Shown here one piece after another: positions 27,471 to 41,029 of a stretch of 64,000 bases of DNA. The stretch's first letter is position 1. Every line of letters starts with the position of its first letter. Source of the stretch: Ginglymostoma cirratum (lineage: Eukaryota); contig JAHRHZ010000084.1 in assembly GCA_024137785.1 (NCBI GenBank), positions 6,907,573 through 6,971,572 of the forward strand, in the 5' to 3' direction. The notes under the pieces are model-generated. The model made no database searches and had not been told where the DNA came from. It saw only the letters and a list, made by a program, of their open reading frames with translations. Position numbers and translations under genes: made by a program.

Positions 27471-28273
27471 CCTACTTCGCCAGGTGTCCTGGGCAGAACA
27501 TCAAGGTTTTACCCTGGAGATCGCAATGTGTCTCACTGGCGGATGGACAACGCATACACTGGAACTGGGGTTCTATTAATCAGGGCGCGTTTGAGTCAAG
27601 TTGAAAGTCGAAACTGTTTTCGAGCGCTTATTATTCCGCAGCGGAGCGACACACAGCTGCGATTTATCACATGTTCCTCTTCAGATTTCAAGTCAACTTC
27701 ATTTATTGGCATTTAAAAACATTTTTAAACATGTTTATCTGTGAAAGGTTAGGCATAGATTATGACCACAATAATTCATTGTTTTCCAATAAACCAGCGA
27801 AGGTGCCTTAACAGACAAACCACAATGTACAACTTGAAAGCAATGACTTATGAAGTGATAAATGAGGCAAGAGAAACATACATTTCCGCCGGTCACATCT
27901 GCAGGTCAACAGTTGCTCGCAAGGGAATGGCAACCTCCTCTGGTCAGTGTGCTTTAGCATTCAGCGAAGATATTTAAATGATGTCCAAGTTTTGGGGAAA
28001 TAAAGAGGCCACACCTTATTTCACTAGAAATAATAGCCGAAGGAAATTTTCGAATATATTGATACTAACTTACCAACTGCCTAGATATCCGGCTAATGTT
28101 TCGTTACAGAAAAAAAAAATCATATTATCCTTTTCACATTCGCTGGACTTCCCAAAGCAGTTGCAGTCATCTTCTTAAGAGTAGTCACAGTTGTGATGTA
28201 GGAGACGCCACAGCCAATTCGCGCAGCAAAAGTTCCAAATTAGCAAGGTGATAACGGCCAGGCAAACTTTTGT

Positions 28274-28282
28274 TTGTGTGTA

Positions 28283-28324
<42 letters not shown>

Positions 28325-28352
28325 TGAGAGAGAGAGGGAGGTGGGGAGAGAG
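28274..28352. repeat. Compound microsatellite (TG)n(AG)n
   Basis: Seen directly. Confidence 0.95.
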
Positions 28353-31300
28353 ATGCTGAGTGAATAGTCGAGATTGAACACACTCAGGTTAAAGCCTTAG
28401 CTCTACGTTAAGTTCTTCCCGTTAACACAGGGGGTTGGATGGGGACTTCGTTTAACATAGCATCCGAAAAGCACGGCCTCAGATAGCAGCAGTTGCTCAG
28501 TCCCGCACTGAAATATCACTGTAGATTCCACTGATCTAGCCTTGAAATGGGGCTGTCACCATACTTGTTCTTAGACAAGGGTAAGGTTGCCACCATCTGA
28601 TCAGCGGCTGGCATTCAAGTCAATTCAAAGAAGAATTAAAACCTACGGAGGACCTGATCAACTAAATTGGTATTAGGAAAAGATCTGACTGGGTGGATCA
28701 TTCCAGAGAATTTGTTTCCACTTGTTAGAGAACGCAAAACTAGACGAGATAAACATAAATAGTTAGAGAATCCAGGTCGCTATCACAGAGAATGTAATTT
28801 CGCAATTTAGTTGGGCCACTGTGCTGGGATAGAAACCGGACTTACCACAGTATTGTAAAAGGACCTGGCACGAAATAAACGGAAGACTGATAGGAAAATA
28901 GCCACATTGCATAAGCGATGAACTAGAATGGCCATTCCCATTTTACATTTCAGCATAACTCCCTTTGTATGTACATGTATGTGAATGTGTGCATTGCTCT
29001 AAATCCACTGTGACAGTTGCGAGGTGGAGCAGCTGTGGCAGAATAAGGAGAAAGAATGCAGTCCATGGCTGTGAATTTTATTTCTATTTCCAAAATCATG
29101 CACCTATTGAGGAAAACCTAATGGATCCGGTAATGGGCTTCGAAGTAATCTGAGGTCATATCTGACCTGACCTTTGTCATCCTCGAATCCAAGCGACTGC
29201 CCACACCGATGATGCGCGTGTCTACGTATCTGTATGCAATGTCTCGTGGTGTACGTGTGCACATGAGTCTGCGTATGTCTGCGAGTTCTTGCAAAATAAC
29301 AGTGGCTTCACCTCCTTTGGTTTAAAGTATTTTGAGCATCCAGACTCCCATTATTTGTAAGTGCGTGTGAATTTGTGGGCGTGCCGGATTTGTGGCTGCA
29401 TTTTTAACTTTATGTGCCTTTTTTAGCAGTGCATGATGAAGTGAATGTATAAATCATCCCAAGGCCAATTCCTTCATTGCGTCATATGTTTTAATTTCGT
29501 TTGAAATCCACTGTAATACTTTAAATCGCCTCTGCCCCCTCCCCGGAATACCACCCACGCCCTTCCCCAGCCCAGCATATTGTACCTGCTCTAATTTTAA
29601 TCTCTTGTACAAGTTCAATTTTCTGTTTTCCAGATGTGGCAGTCATATCTTAAGCTACACGGGCCCTACATTCTGAAAGCTCATCCTGAAACAACTTTGG
29701 TTTTATCTCCTGTTTTAAAACCTTCTTATTTGATCAAGTTGTTTTCCTCAATAAGTTTGTTTGCTCAGTCCATGATGTAACCTGTCAATCGCTCTGATAT
29801 TTAATTAAGTTGCAGGCGCGATATACATTTGACTTGCCGTACGTGTGTGCCTGTGTGGTTCTGCTTATGTGTGGGAGTGCCTGCGTTTCTATTTGCTCCT
29901 TTTAAAAATGCTATTTCTATTTGTTACGCATTCTGCGTTGATGGAGCGATCTGACCACCCAAGCATCTATTTTCGATTCATGCTTCGGGTGCGTGATTAT
30001 AGCTGCTCAAGTTTGAATGCTTACAACATAATGATTTTTAAATAAAGGTTCTTTACAGTTGAAGAGAATGGAAACACTTTGATGTTGAGCCGTTCTCAAG
30101 GCGTGCAAGTTTAGTAATAGTGCCTATTCTCGTTTTACTTGAAAAAGTGTAATTTTAAAAATAAGCTTCAAGTCTCGCAATTGCCAAATAAACCTTTTCA
30201 ATTAGTTTCTGCAAGTTTTATGTTGGGCAATGTCCCAGCGCGCTAATTCTGAAAAAAAAAAATCAGAGGCAACAGGCTTCAGCAATTTTTGAAAGCTACA
30301 TATTCAAAACACGTGTCGCTCCGTGTCTGAGAATGTCCTTATTGGGCGGGGGAGGGGGGTGGGCGCGTGAGAGAGGTGGCAATCTTTATAAGTTACGGAG
30401 ATACATCCCTCTGAGCACCGATGTCTCCATTATTTTCGGCTGTATCTTCCAGCAAGTTCTCATTTTGCATAAAATAATCCAGCACATTAGCTTATATATC
30501 TGAAGTGAGAGATGTCCTTCCTGGCGACTGAAGCTAACACTGGTGAATCAGTGAATTCGAGCAAAAAAAAATGCAACTGTGTGAGAAAGTAGAGTTACGG
30601 TTTCGAGTCCAGTGATCCTTTTACAGAACAAAAATAAATAAATAACTCGTTTCGTGAGGTTTTGAGGTTCCAATAAGTTTTACAACCAATTAAACACTTA
30701 GCCGTGTTGCCATTATTCTCATGAAGGAAACACATTCATGGTATTCACAGCAAAATTCCACAACAGAAATAACACAATGATCAGATACAAGAAAAACAGA
30801 AAGAACTGCGGATGTTTGAGAAGTGGACTGTTTGTACCAAAGGATCTGTCATTATCACTTTAGTTTTACACAAGAAAACATTATAATTGGTATAAAACAA
30901 AATCTATGTAATTTCCATGTTTAATCATGTCCTTCAATTGGAGGCGTGACCTACAGTGAAAATGTAGCCTGATAGAAATCTTCAATGAAAACATTTCCCA
31001 GCACCAACCATTTAAACGCTGTCGATTGTCGTCAAAGGAAACAACCAATACTCTCAATTCCAAAGGGCAGTTCAGAGTCAACCATATTGGTTTGGTTCTG
31101 GAGTCACGTGTAGGCCAGATCAGACCAGGACAGTGGATATCCTTCCCTAAAGGACATTAGTGAACCAGGTGGCACTTTGGTGATGTGAATATTACTTGCC
31201 AACTATCAGTCCAAAACTGAATCCTGTTTTTGGTTGTGCTGCGCTTGGATATACCCTACTCACGTTTTTTTAAGATGCTGTAACTAGAAATCAAGATGAT

Positions 31301-33645
31301 GCCGTCATCTGTAAAAATGTACACTTTAACATTATGCTAGAGGGAAGGGCTCGAAGAAGCAGGTGAGATGGTTTGGGCAGAATGCCACCTTACTATCATC
31401 TTGCAAACATGTTCTAGGTTCTGGAATGATTGACAGCCAAAATAAAGAAACACAATGATCCTCCCTGTGGCAGATATAAATTCAATCAGTGGAGAGCTAT
31501 TTCTAATCTATCCTCACTCCACGGTGTCTGATACACAATTATTATATTTTCCACCTTTACTTCAGACCGTACATGGACAATGGCCACCTTTATATAAAGA
31601 GCAGTCACTCTCATCTCACCTCTGGATCTTTAATGATGCTAGGACCAACCAACTAATAGTACCAACCCCAGTTTCATTTTACTTTAACTTTTGTCGATTT
31701 CTCACCAGTACGACTTTCATTGTTTTAATGTCAGTTTCTCTATGGATTATGTGCCAGTGCCTTATCATTTAAACTATGTTTTCCTGCTCTCCCAGCTGCA
31801 AATAACGGGATTGTCAAGTAGATGGACATATCCGAGATATCTTCTTCAGTGCATTTTTGTCATGCATTCCCGTATGTTAGATACTTCTATCTAACATTAC
31901 TTCTAGAAGTAATGATCATGTTTGCATTAGCATCCCAAAATCATTCCACACATTCTTGAATTTCAGCGGATCTTTTTGAAAGACCAAAATTTGATGGAGG
32001 GTGCCTATGTCTGTGCTGTGGCCAAATCATCCATTTCAGTTCTCATTTTAAAAAAAACTTACTGGCAAGGCCTCACATATCTCCGAGAGAATTTATTTAA
32101 TTCTACGTAAGCTTTAATTTAATTGAATAAATTCCATTTAACTACAACTAAAGTGAGTCATTCCCATGTGCATGCGATTTTGGTCATTTTTCCCCTCATT
32201 TCGATCTTCTTTTATTCTAACTGCGGCCTCCATTTGTTAGCATTCTACCTGATTCAGGAATTCTTGACAGTGTTTTTCTTTACAGCAGGCTTTCATAAAA
32301 TGTTTTAAAAGAGCTGGCAACGTGTCCATTTCTTTTATCAATCCCAATTTCAGAAACAATATGTCCAGGCTTGGTGGTGATAAACTGTGCTTTTACATTG
32401 AAGATTGAAGTGATTTTAGTCAGCTTTCAAAGATTTTGTCTCCACAAGACTTCCAGCTCTATTGCTGTGACATTGAAACTTGTTTAAAAATAAAATAATC
32501 TTAAACTCCACTGTGGCTCTGAAACAAGCCTTTTAGTTTAACAATGTCTAAACTCAGAAACCACTCCTGTCCAAAATAATACACCTCATTGAACAGACAA
32601 ATTGTGAGAAATTTAAAGACTGTCAAAAGAAAGATTAAGTCTGCTGGTATGAGATGGGACTGGTCCAAGTCACCAGTTGACGTCATGTTGTACCTTCACA
32701 CACACTTCAAAAAGCTGCTTAAATCTTCTGATAATCTAAAAGTGACAGTTTAAATTTTCATTGCCTTAAATAAAATCTTCTCTCGTTCTATCACACAAAC
32801 CTTAGAAACCAACCAGTACCTGTGTCTAGACAAAAAAAAATCACTTTCAATAGTCGGACTTCAAATTGAATGTCTTCCAAAAAATGTTTCAATGTCAACA
32901 TTCAGTGTCCAGTCGCAACGGTGGGTCTATCTGCAGCTTTTTCGCGAATTATGCATAATGGGTAAATTGTTTTCCTATTGGAAATCATTTTCAACTGCAG
33001 CTCTATTCGTCGTTGTCACAGCTTTATATTTTGAGTCCAGCGGTAAATCACATGAATGAGCAGTGTAGGCTAGCTCATTCTGGACAGTGTTTAACTCAGT
33101 TGTTCCTTTCATGATCACTTCCAAATGCTGTCAAGGACTCTGTAATAATTACTGGTGCATATTTCCACAATTTCCTATACAACTCCTGCTGATAATGATC
33201 GTACCATTTTCATTGACCCATCTGCAAATTGCATTTTAGAATATCCCAGTTACATTGCAAGTTCAGTCAAAGATTTATGCTTTTCACAGCTTCTGAAATT
33301 TAAAGTAAATTAATGATTCCTGTTATGACCTTATTCTCGTCTCTAATTGCATTAAGAATATTAGAATTTCAACTGCTGATCTTCCCGATGCCTGGCCCAA
33401 AGCAACAACAGCGACTCCCCCCTCACCCCATTCCCCGGAGTGGTGCTAGTCCTCTAAGTTAACTCCTCATTCCAGCCGTGAAAGCCTCATGGTTGGATAC
33501 CTTTAATTTGTTCTTTACAAAATATTTCTTTCACTAGAGTGTCCCTCTTCTTGAACACTTTGCTCTGACGCCGCTCACAATGCCAAATGTAATGCAATGC
33601 TAAAGTGCCTAAAGCGGTTCAAAATGAAGACACGTGCACTGAAAG

Positions 33646-34760
33646 GCATAGAGACATACAGCATGAAAATAGACCCTTCTGTCCAACTAGTCCACGTTCT
33701 CAAACTAAGCTATTCCCAATTGCCTGTGTTTGGCCCATGTCCCTCCAAATATTTCCGATTCACGTACCTTTCCAATTTTTTTTTTTTAACAACCATTCCT
33801 GTACCTGCATCCACGATTTTCTATGGCACTTCATTCCACACATGGTCCACGCTCTGTGTAAAAGGTTGATCCGCATGTCCCTTTAAAATCTCTCTCCAAT
33901 CATCTTCAATATGTACATCTTAATTTCGAACTCTCTCACCCTAAGAAAAAAGACCTTTGCTATTCACTATGCCTCCAATCCTCATTTTTGATCAACCATT
34001 ATAATATCATCCCTTCACCTCCTAGGACTGAGTGAAAAAGTCCTAGCCTATATAGTCTATTTAGATAACTCAAGCCCTCCATTCCTGGCAACATCCTGAT
34101 AAATTGTTTTGGCCCCTCTCCAGTTTAATAATATCATTCCTATAACAGGGCGACCAACATTATAGACAGCACTCCAGAAAATGCCTCAACAACGTCCTGT
34201 ACAACCTCAGCATGACGTACCAAATGCTATGCTCCAAGGTATGAGCAACAATGGCAAATGCGCTAATGTCTTCTTAATCACCCTGTCTAACCATGACGCA
34301 AATTTCAAAAATTATGTACCTGAACTCCTTCGTGTTCTCTGTTCTACAACACTATCATGGCCCTTCCATTGATTGTCTAAGTTCTGCCCTTGCTTGTTTT
34401 ACAAAAAATGCAATACTTTGCATTTATCAACATTAAAATCCATGAGCCACTCCTCAGCCTATTGACCCAATTGATTAAGGACTCTTTGTCATCTTAAATA
34501 ACCATCTTCCCTGTCGACTGTACCATCAACTTTGAGACATCGACTATCTTACTAACTGTGCCTTCTATATTTTCATTCAAATCATTTATAAAAAGATTAA
34601 AAGTGGACCCAATGCCAATCTCTGTGGAGCATCGATAGTCACAGTTCTTCAGTCCAAAAAATGTCTCTGCCGTCTGTCTCCTAAATCAAGCCAATTTTGC
34701 ATCTAACTGGCAAGCTCACCCTGAATCCCATGGAGCCAACTGTATTAATTATTCTACCAT
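33646..34760 (-). mobile_element. CR1 LINE 3' part
   Basis: catagagacatacagcatg tail; RT remnants homologous to 60000-61050. Confidence 0.75.
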
Positions 34761-35440
34761 ACTTGATACTAATCAAATTTATTATGTTCAACGACTTTAG
34801 ACATATTGCAAACTAACCAATGAATCTATTAGCTTAAACTATTGCAAAAAATTCAACAAGTCAGTCTCACAGCTGTTTACTCATTGTGGATCCCCGCGAT
34901 GACTGGAACTTGGAAATCAATATCTACTTCCATGGTACTATTCATGAACCTGGATCGGGGGTGATAGCAAACGACCTGCAAAAAGGCCCCAGTACTAATT
35001 TTATAGTGCATTTGATGCTACAGCTGAATTGCCGTTTCTGAGTAGTTTGGTCTCTGCTCGACCAAAAACAATTTGAGGTGTGGCTGCAGCGCAGCCTCCT
35101 CCCATGCCATGGCCATCTTCTTAAAAAGCACATAGTTTTTCACCATCCATCGGTTGCTCTTTGCCGTGTCAAAGTAGCCCTTAACGATCTGGCTTGGAGA
35201 TACCATTTTTTGGCGCAATGCACTACAATACCTGGATACTTCTTTGTAATTTTACTTGCAGTCTCTGAGCATTTCTGCATTAGAAAATGCATTTCAAACA
35301 ACCCTGACTTTCGTTCAACAGTAAAGACTTAGTTTTCAACTTGAAGTCCTATCTGAGATCTCCATTCAGGTGTTAGAAAGGGAGGATGTCACTTACTCTG
35401 AAAGCTTACAATAATGTAAACGTGTTATAGTAGATCTTAC

Positions 35441-35553
35441 ATTCATTTTTCGTCTTCTAAATTCTGTCCCAATGAGGATCATTGGCACCAAACCTGCCAA
35501 TCCAGCCACCTTACATGCAGCTAACCGGAAGTAACATAAGTAAACACCATTCC
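35441..35553 (-). pseudogene. IgSF receptor gene B: transmembrane exon
   Basis: GNGVYLCYFRLAACKVAGLAGLVPMILIGTEFRRRKMN|gtaaga; 113 nt, phase 1 to 0; acceptor AG apparently mutated to TG. Confidence 0.65.
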
Positions 35554-36706
35554 CAGCAAAATTAAAACAAACTTCAGTAATGGTATATTGGAACAAAAAA
35601 ATGGTCTAATAGTAATTATAATAGTTTATTGCTTCCTGAAGAAATTTCAGTAACCCGTTGTTAATGAAACAATAGGGTCGCTCGAATATAAATGTCTTTG
35701 ATGTAGTATTTGAAGTAAGTTCTTCACAGATTTAAATATATGAATTCAACAATGAAGTTTATTTCAAGGCTGTCGGAATATTTTATCAGAATTGAAATTG
35801 GAAAACGATCAAATTCCCATAATCATAAGTGTATGTTCCTTTTAGGACCTTTCTTAACTTTTAACATAACCTTCTTGGAATTTGGTGCTCATCTTTTACT
35901 TGAATTTCTACATCGCCCATCCATCAGTTATGTTTATTAGGAAACAAAACTATACTCTTTAAATTAAATGTGTATATGGATGTAAAACTGTATTTAAATA
36001 GTAAATAATATCAACGGATTAAGGTTCAATTAGTTTCCTTTTTATCTGTCCTGTCGAAGCACCATTAATAATTTAACTTTTTGAACACGATTTACCGTAG
36101 TAATGCTGCCCGCGCAGCTTGAATGACATATGTGAGATAGAGGCTAATTCAAGTCCCTGTGCATGAAGGTGTGGTGAACGTCTGCAAGGGAATTTGATTA
36201 GGAATCGTTACAAATCGGTAAAAGTAGGGTGGGCGTGTACAGGCCTTTTGACCGTATTGTTCAACGCTCAGATGTAAACTGTCAAGATTATAAACGGCAG
36301 TTGAAGTAAAAACGTGACAACACGGGCAAACACTAGGACTGAGCAAAACTGCTTAAACATAGAAAACAAATAAATCGAACAGTCTTAATTATGAACCTAT
36401 GGATCCAAATGATGGATGAGAGAACACAAATTCTTGCCAATGATGATTACATATCAAATAAAAGAAATTGTAGACAATGTATGTTAACTGATTGTATTTG
36501 CTTCGTTACTGATATAAAATGAATATGAAACACACTACATTCTTCAATTTTATATATTTACATGAAAATATAATGTTTTCTTTGATACTTCACGTAACAT
36601 GTCCATGCACGAATGTCATGATTGTTGAAATGTACCAACGGTGAGTTACGTCACTTCTTAACTACATCAGTGAACTTTCCTCCGTTATATTCTGTCAACA
36701 GCGTAC

Positions 36707-37013
36707 CTTGGTTCGCTTCAGAAATAGTGCGGGTTGCAACGTCTGGAGTCCTGAGCCTGAGACGCCGAGCAGGTATAATTGGCTTCGTTTGAACAACTTG
36801 TCGCACAGATACAGAGCTGGAATCTTGGTAGAGTCTCTCGGCGTTCTGCACTTACAAGGTTGTCCATTCCTCCTCCAGTTTTGACGCCATTTTTAAAGCA
36901 AGTTGGCGTAATATTCTTCGGATAAAATCCGGCTGCCTCACATGCAAGCGTCAAAGACGCGGGTGAATTTCCTACAGGTGACCCAGAGAAGGCAATCAGC
37001 AGTGTTGGCTTCA
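36707..37013 (-). pseudogene. IgSF receptor gene B: C1-set domain exon (frameshifted)
   Basis: tttgcag| VKPTLLI...LTLACEAAGFYPKNITPTCFKNG (C1 motif CxAxGFYP, W to C) ... QNAERLYQDSSSV ... ANYTC ... |gtacgc; several frameshifts. Confidence 0.85.
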
Positions 37014-37158
37014 CTGCAAAATGGAAACTAAACTGAGTCGAGTCATCACGTGCAGTCATGAGACAATACGAGATTAGACATGATGGTGCAGTTTGTGACA
37101 ATCGTGTCACTCAAAGCAGTGATCATCTGTCCTTCTGGTTTGAGGCGGATGATGGAGT

Positions 37159-39700
37159 AATAGAGTCATACAGTACAGAAACATACCCTTCGGTCCAACC
37201 GGTCCATGCCAAATATAATCCCAAACTATACTGGGCCCACCTGCCTGCTCTTGGCCCATATCACTCCAAACCTTTCCTATTCATGTAATTTTCCTAATGT
37301 CTTTTAACCGATGTAATTGTGCCCACATCCACAACTTTGTCAAGAATTTCAATCCACATGCGAACCACCATCTGTTACTAAAACTGGCCCTCATATCTTT
37401 TCTTAAACATCTCGCCGCTCAACCTTAAAAATTGCCCCCTCCCCCGTCTTGAAATCCTCCATTTTACAGAAAAGACACCTAAAATTAATCCTATCTACAT
37501 CCGTTTCATAAACTTCTGTGAAGTCACTTCTCAACCTCCTATGCTCCAGTGAAAGAAAGTTCCAGCCTCTCTAGCCTTTCTGTATAATCCAAACCTTCCA
37601 TACCCAGCAACCTCCTGGTAAATCTCTTCTGAACTCTCTACAGCTTAATAATACTCTTCATATAACTGGGCAACAAGGACTGCAAATATTTCATTCAGGT
37701 GTTTCATGGAAACAAACACCTGTTCAATATTACCTGAGCTATCCAAGACCTTGGTTACTTGGCAGACAGAGTGAAAGAATTGTTTCAGTGCATAAAGAGG
37801 CCAGTCAGACTACCTTGTTTTAGTCGGCTCTCCGAATGAATACTTGCCTTACGTGTTCTGTTTATGGCTTACGCAATTAGCTTTGAAGTTCACAATGCTT
37901 CTGAACTTTGAATTATCCATTACGAAAAAAAAGACTTCTTCTGTAGAACAGGATCCCTGCCATAAACATATGTGAGGATGAGCAGTCGTCCCTGAAGAAT
38001 TCTGCTACTTACGTTCCTCCAACCCTAAAAACACCGTTGATCACTTTCCCACTTTCTATCACCTCCAGCTTTTTCCAGCAATCATATTCTTCCATCCATT
38101 TCACATGAAATTTAGAAACATTTTTGAATATTTCATGGTTTTATGTCTTCATTGATAAATCAAGGAAAATTGAATCCAGTACAGCTGCTAAGTCAGGAGT
38201 CTTATTTCACGACCACATGCCCTCGAACCTCCTAAGGTTCAGTCTGTTTATAGCTCTACCCTTTACCGCCGAACATAATTTTTTTTTTTAATTTACTCCA
38301 CTCGTTTCACCTCCTGAATCTTGCTTACTCCTGGAATGTTATTTGTGTCCTCTCCAGGGGAGTTTCTGAAAAAAATAAGTTTTGTCAGACTGGAAAATCG
38401 AAAATGTGACTCTTTTATTCAACAAAGGAAGCAAGGAAACAGAAAACACTAAACTCCAGGACAGTCGACTTCTGTAATCGATAAAAAAAACAGACTATTT
38501 TGTTCAAGAAGACATAGGGAATTTGTGAAAATCGAAATATTAACAAGAAAAGTCAGCTTGGTTTTGAGAAAGGAAATAATGTTTAATTGACTTTTCGGAG
38601 TGGTATGAGGAAATAAATAACGATGGAGTTTTAGAGTGCCTCAATCATAACTCATCTCACCCTTCTCTTCTCTGGAGAAAATAGTCTAACTTATCTAATC
38701 TACCTTCACAATTAACGTGAAACTATTTTCATGGCTTCCGCAGTCTTGTGCATCGTCTTCAATGCCATTACATGCCTTCCTAAAATGCGGCGTCCAGTAC
38801 TTAATGCAAGGCTCAGCATTTATGTTGGCTGTCCATTCTGTTCCTGCCAAAAAATGTATGGCAAAGTTATTGGACATTGAATTTCATGTTCCAATTGTCT
38901 GATAATTCCGTCTTCTTGTCTTTATTCTATTAATGGCTTACACTATCCGCTTTGAAGTTCACAATGTTTTCAAACATTGAATTATCCACTGCTGAAGATA
39001 GACCTGCCCTGTAGAACAGGATCCATGCCATTAATATATATTAGGGTGAGCAGTGATCCCTGAAGAATTCCGCTATGTAAATTCCTCCAAGCCGAACAAC
39101 GCCATTGATTACTTTTTTTCCACTTCTTATCACATCCAAAATTTGAATCCTTGTTGCTACGGACCATCTTATTCCCTTATCTGTAAATTGCTTCACTCTT
39201 TTGTCGTATATGATTATGTCAAATGCCTTTTGGAGGTCTATTATTACCACGTCAGCAGCACTTATTTCCTCAGCACTTCATGTTAACTGTCGCAAGATGC
39301 TCCAAAATATTCGTTTTGCATAACTTTGCTTCAGGAAATCCTTGATCACTTTCTTTAATGACACCATTGTTTCCAAATGACCATTGGTTTTATATTCAGT
39401 TGTTGCTTCGAGACTTCTCCACACGAGGGAAGTTTAACTAACTGTCCTCCAGTTCCTTACATTTTTCAACAATGATATAACACTTGGTATCTTTTAGACC
39501 TTCGATAATATCACTTAATCTAAGGGAGTTTGGTGTAATGACACTGCCTCCACATCGTCATTCTTACTTCCCTCCGCAATGTTGGATATCTCACCCATAA
39601 AGGAGCCACAGCCTATCCAGTACCCTGCTGTTTCTCATCTTTATACCGTCGTTGTATTGAGATGTCGTCTTCTTTCACTATGGCCTTGAAATCATCTTCA
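37159..39700 (-). mobile_element. CR1 LINE fragments in the V-C1 intron of gene B
   Basis: CR1 3' tail at ~37159; RT remnants IDLQKAFD (ORF 39041-39250) and SGILQGSLL (ORF 38982-39167). Confidence 0.7.
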
Positions 39701-40012
39701 AAGTTTTAGGCAACAGAGTCTCCACCGGGATTTACTCGTTGAGCTCCATGAGGTAATATCGTTGCATGCGTCAAATAAGCTGTGAAACCCCATGTCCTGA
39801 ATTGGCGAAATATAAGAAGAGGGTCCTGTACGTCACATGCTTGGAATCTAATTCAAACATTTGCCACCAGAGTTCAAATATATGCTTTAGAACGCAGGCC
39901 ACAATATTCTACATCTAATATTAAATGCCAAAATACCATTTCTGTCACTACAAGTTACTGTTGATTTTCAATATGTTTATGACAATTTGACTATTTTTTC
40001 TTTCCTACTTAC

Positions 40013-40326
40013 CATAAACAATTAACTGTGATCCGCTTCAATTTTCTCGAAATATCCCTTGACATATTACTGTGCTGTAATAGATTCCAGAATCTTGGAA
40101 AGTTGTGATCAGCAATTTAAATTTACTCATTCATTCGCTATTTCTCCTAAACTATTTCCCAGCCTTACCGCCGTCTGCTAGGCATTCAGAGTCTCCCTGT
40201 TTCCACCAGTGCACTCTTATGCAAGGAGGGTTCTGCAAGCTGGAGAATGTGCAAAAGAATCTTCTACTTTTACCACGACGTACAGTCATTTGCTTGGGCG
40301 TCTGAATTACTCCGAATGAAATGTGC
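40013..40326 (-). pseudogene. IgSF receptor gene B: germline-joined VJ domain exon
   Basis: One frame reads ..GVIQTPKQMTVRRGKSRRFFCTFSSLQNPPCIRVHWWKQGDSECL...FQDSGIYYSTV...EN*SGSQLIVY|gtaagt: first Cys, core Trp, DSGxYY(C to S) and a J-like G strand; three in-frame stops. Confidence 0.85.
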
Positions 40327-40707
40327 CTGCAGCTGTCAGAAATGTAAGGACATGGAAACTCATTGTATGAGATCAAAGTGGGGAAGCAAGAAAATCAAAG
40401 CCATTCCCTATAATGTAGTGTGTGGTATGGTGGGAGGGAAGGGTGCTGGTGGTGATATAGGAGGCTTCTGGCCAAATGTTAGGGCGAAGATTGTAGATCA
40501 CGAAGCTTAAAAGATCCATTATAGTCTTGGAACGTGTTTAGGCAGATAGGAAGAATGGGAGCCTCCCATGGTCAGCCACGTTTGATCTGGAGTGGAGCCC
40601 TTCAATTTACAAAACCCAGCAATTTGCTACAGTCTACCACAGGAGCCCTAGTTGTGGGCAGAGCGGACGAGAGAAATGCATTACTACAAAAGCATTTTAT
40701 ATATTTC

Positions 40708-40770
40708 CTGCGGCAATAATTAAAGACATACATGTGTAACCAGACAGAGTAGCCACAAGCGTGCTAACAT
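40708..40770 (-). pseudogene. IgSF receptor gene B: leader exon
   Basis: MLARLWLLCLVTHVCL*; start context cctcagaATG resembles cctcggaATG of the + strand paralog; 3' end uncertain (gtatgt at 40731 or mutated donor at 40707). Confidence 0.6.
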
Positions 40771-41029
40771 TCTGAGGAACTGGTTCAGTCGATCACTCTC
40801 CGCAGTTACTGCGTGTTTGCAACTGCTTAAAATGGTTGGCGGTCAGTTTTGCTCAAAGTGGTCGGCAACGACTTTTTGTGCCCGATAACAGCTGATCGAT
40901 AGAAAACATTTTGTTATGCATTGAAATTTCTCCATGGTGTAAAACGGTTGGATTTTAATGTTATCAGAGAGAGAAAGAGAGAGATAGCTGAATGCTTCGT
41001 ACCTAGCCACTGTAATAGAAAGACAAAGG

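Noticed and set aside
34942-35274. Candidate cytoplasmic exon of gene B
   Set aside because: An acceptor is present, but no frame gives a convincing signalling motif; not called.
40843-41009. Acceptor-led segment with a downstream 'SGYTC', first read as a C1 exon
   Set aside because: The YTC bases are better explained as the gene B leader exon in another frame; the segment is upstream of that ATG.
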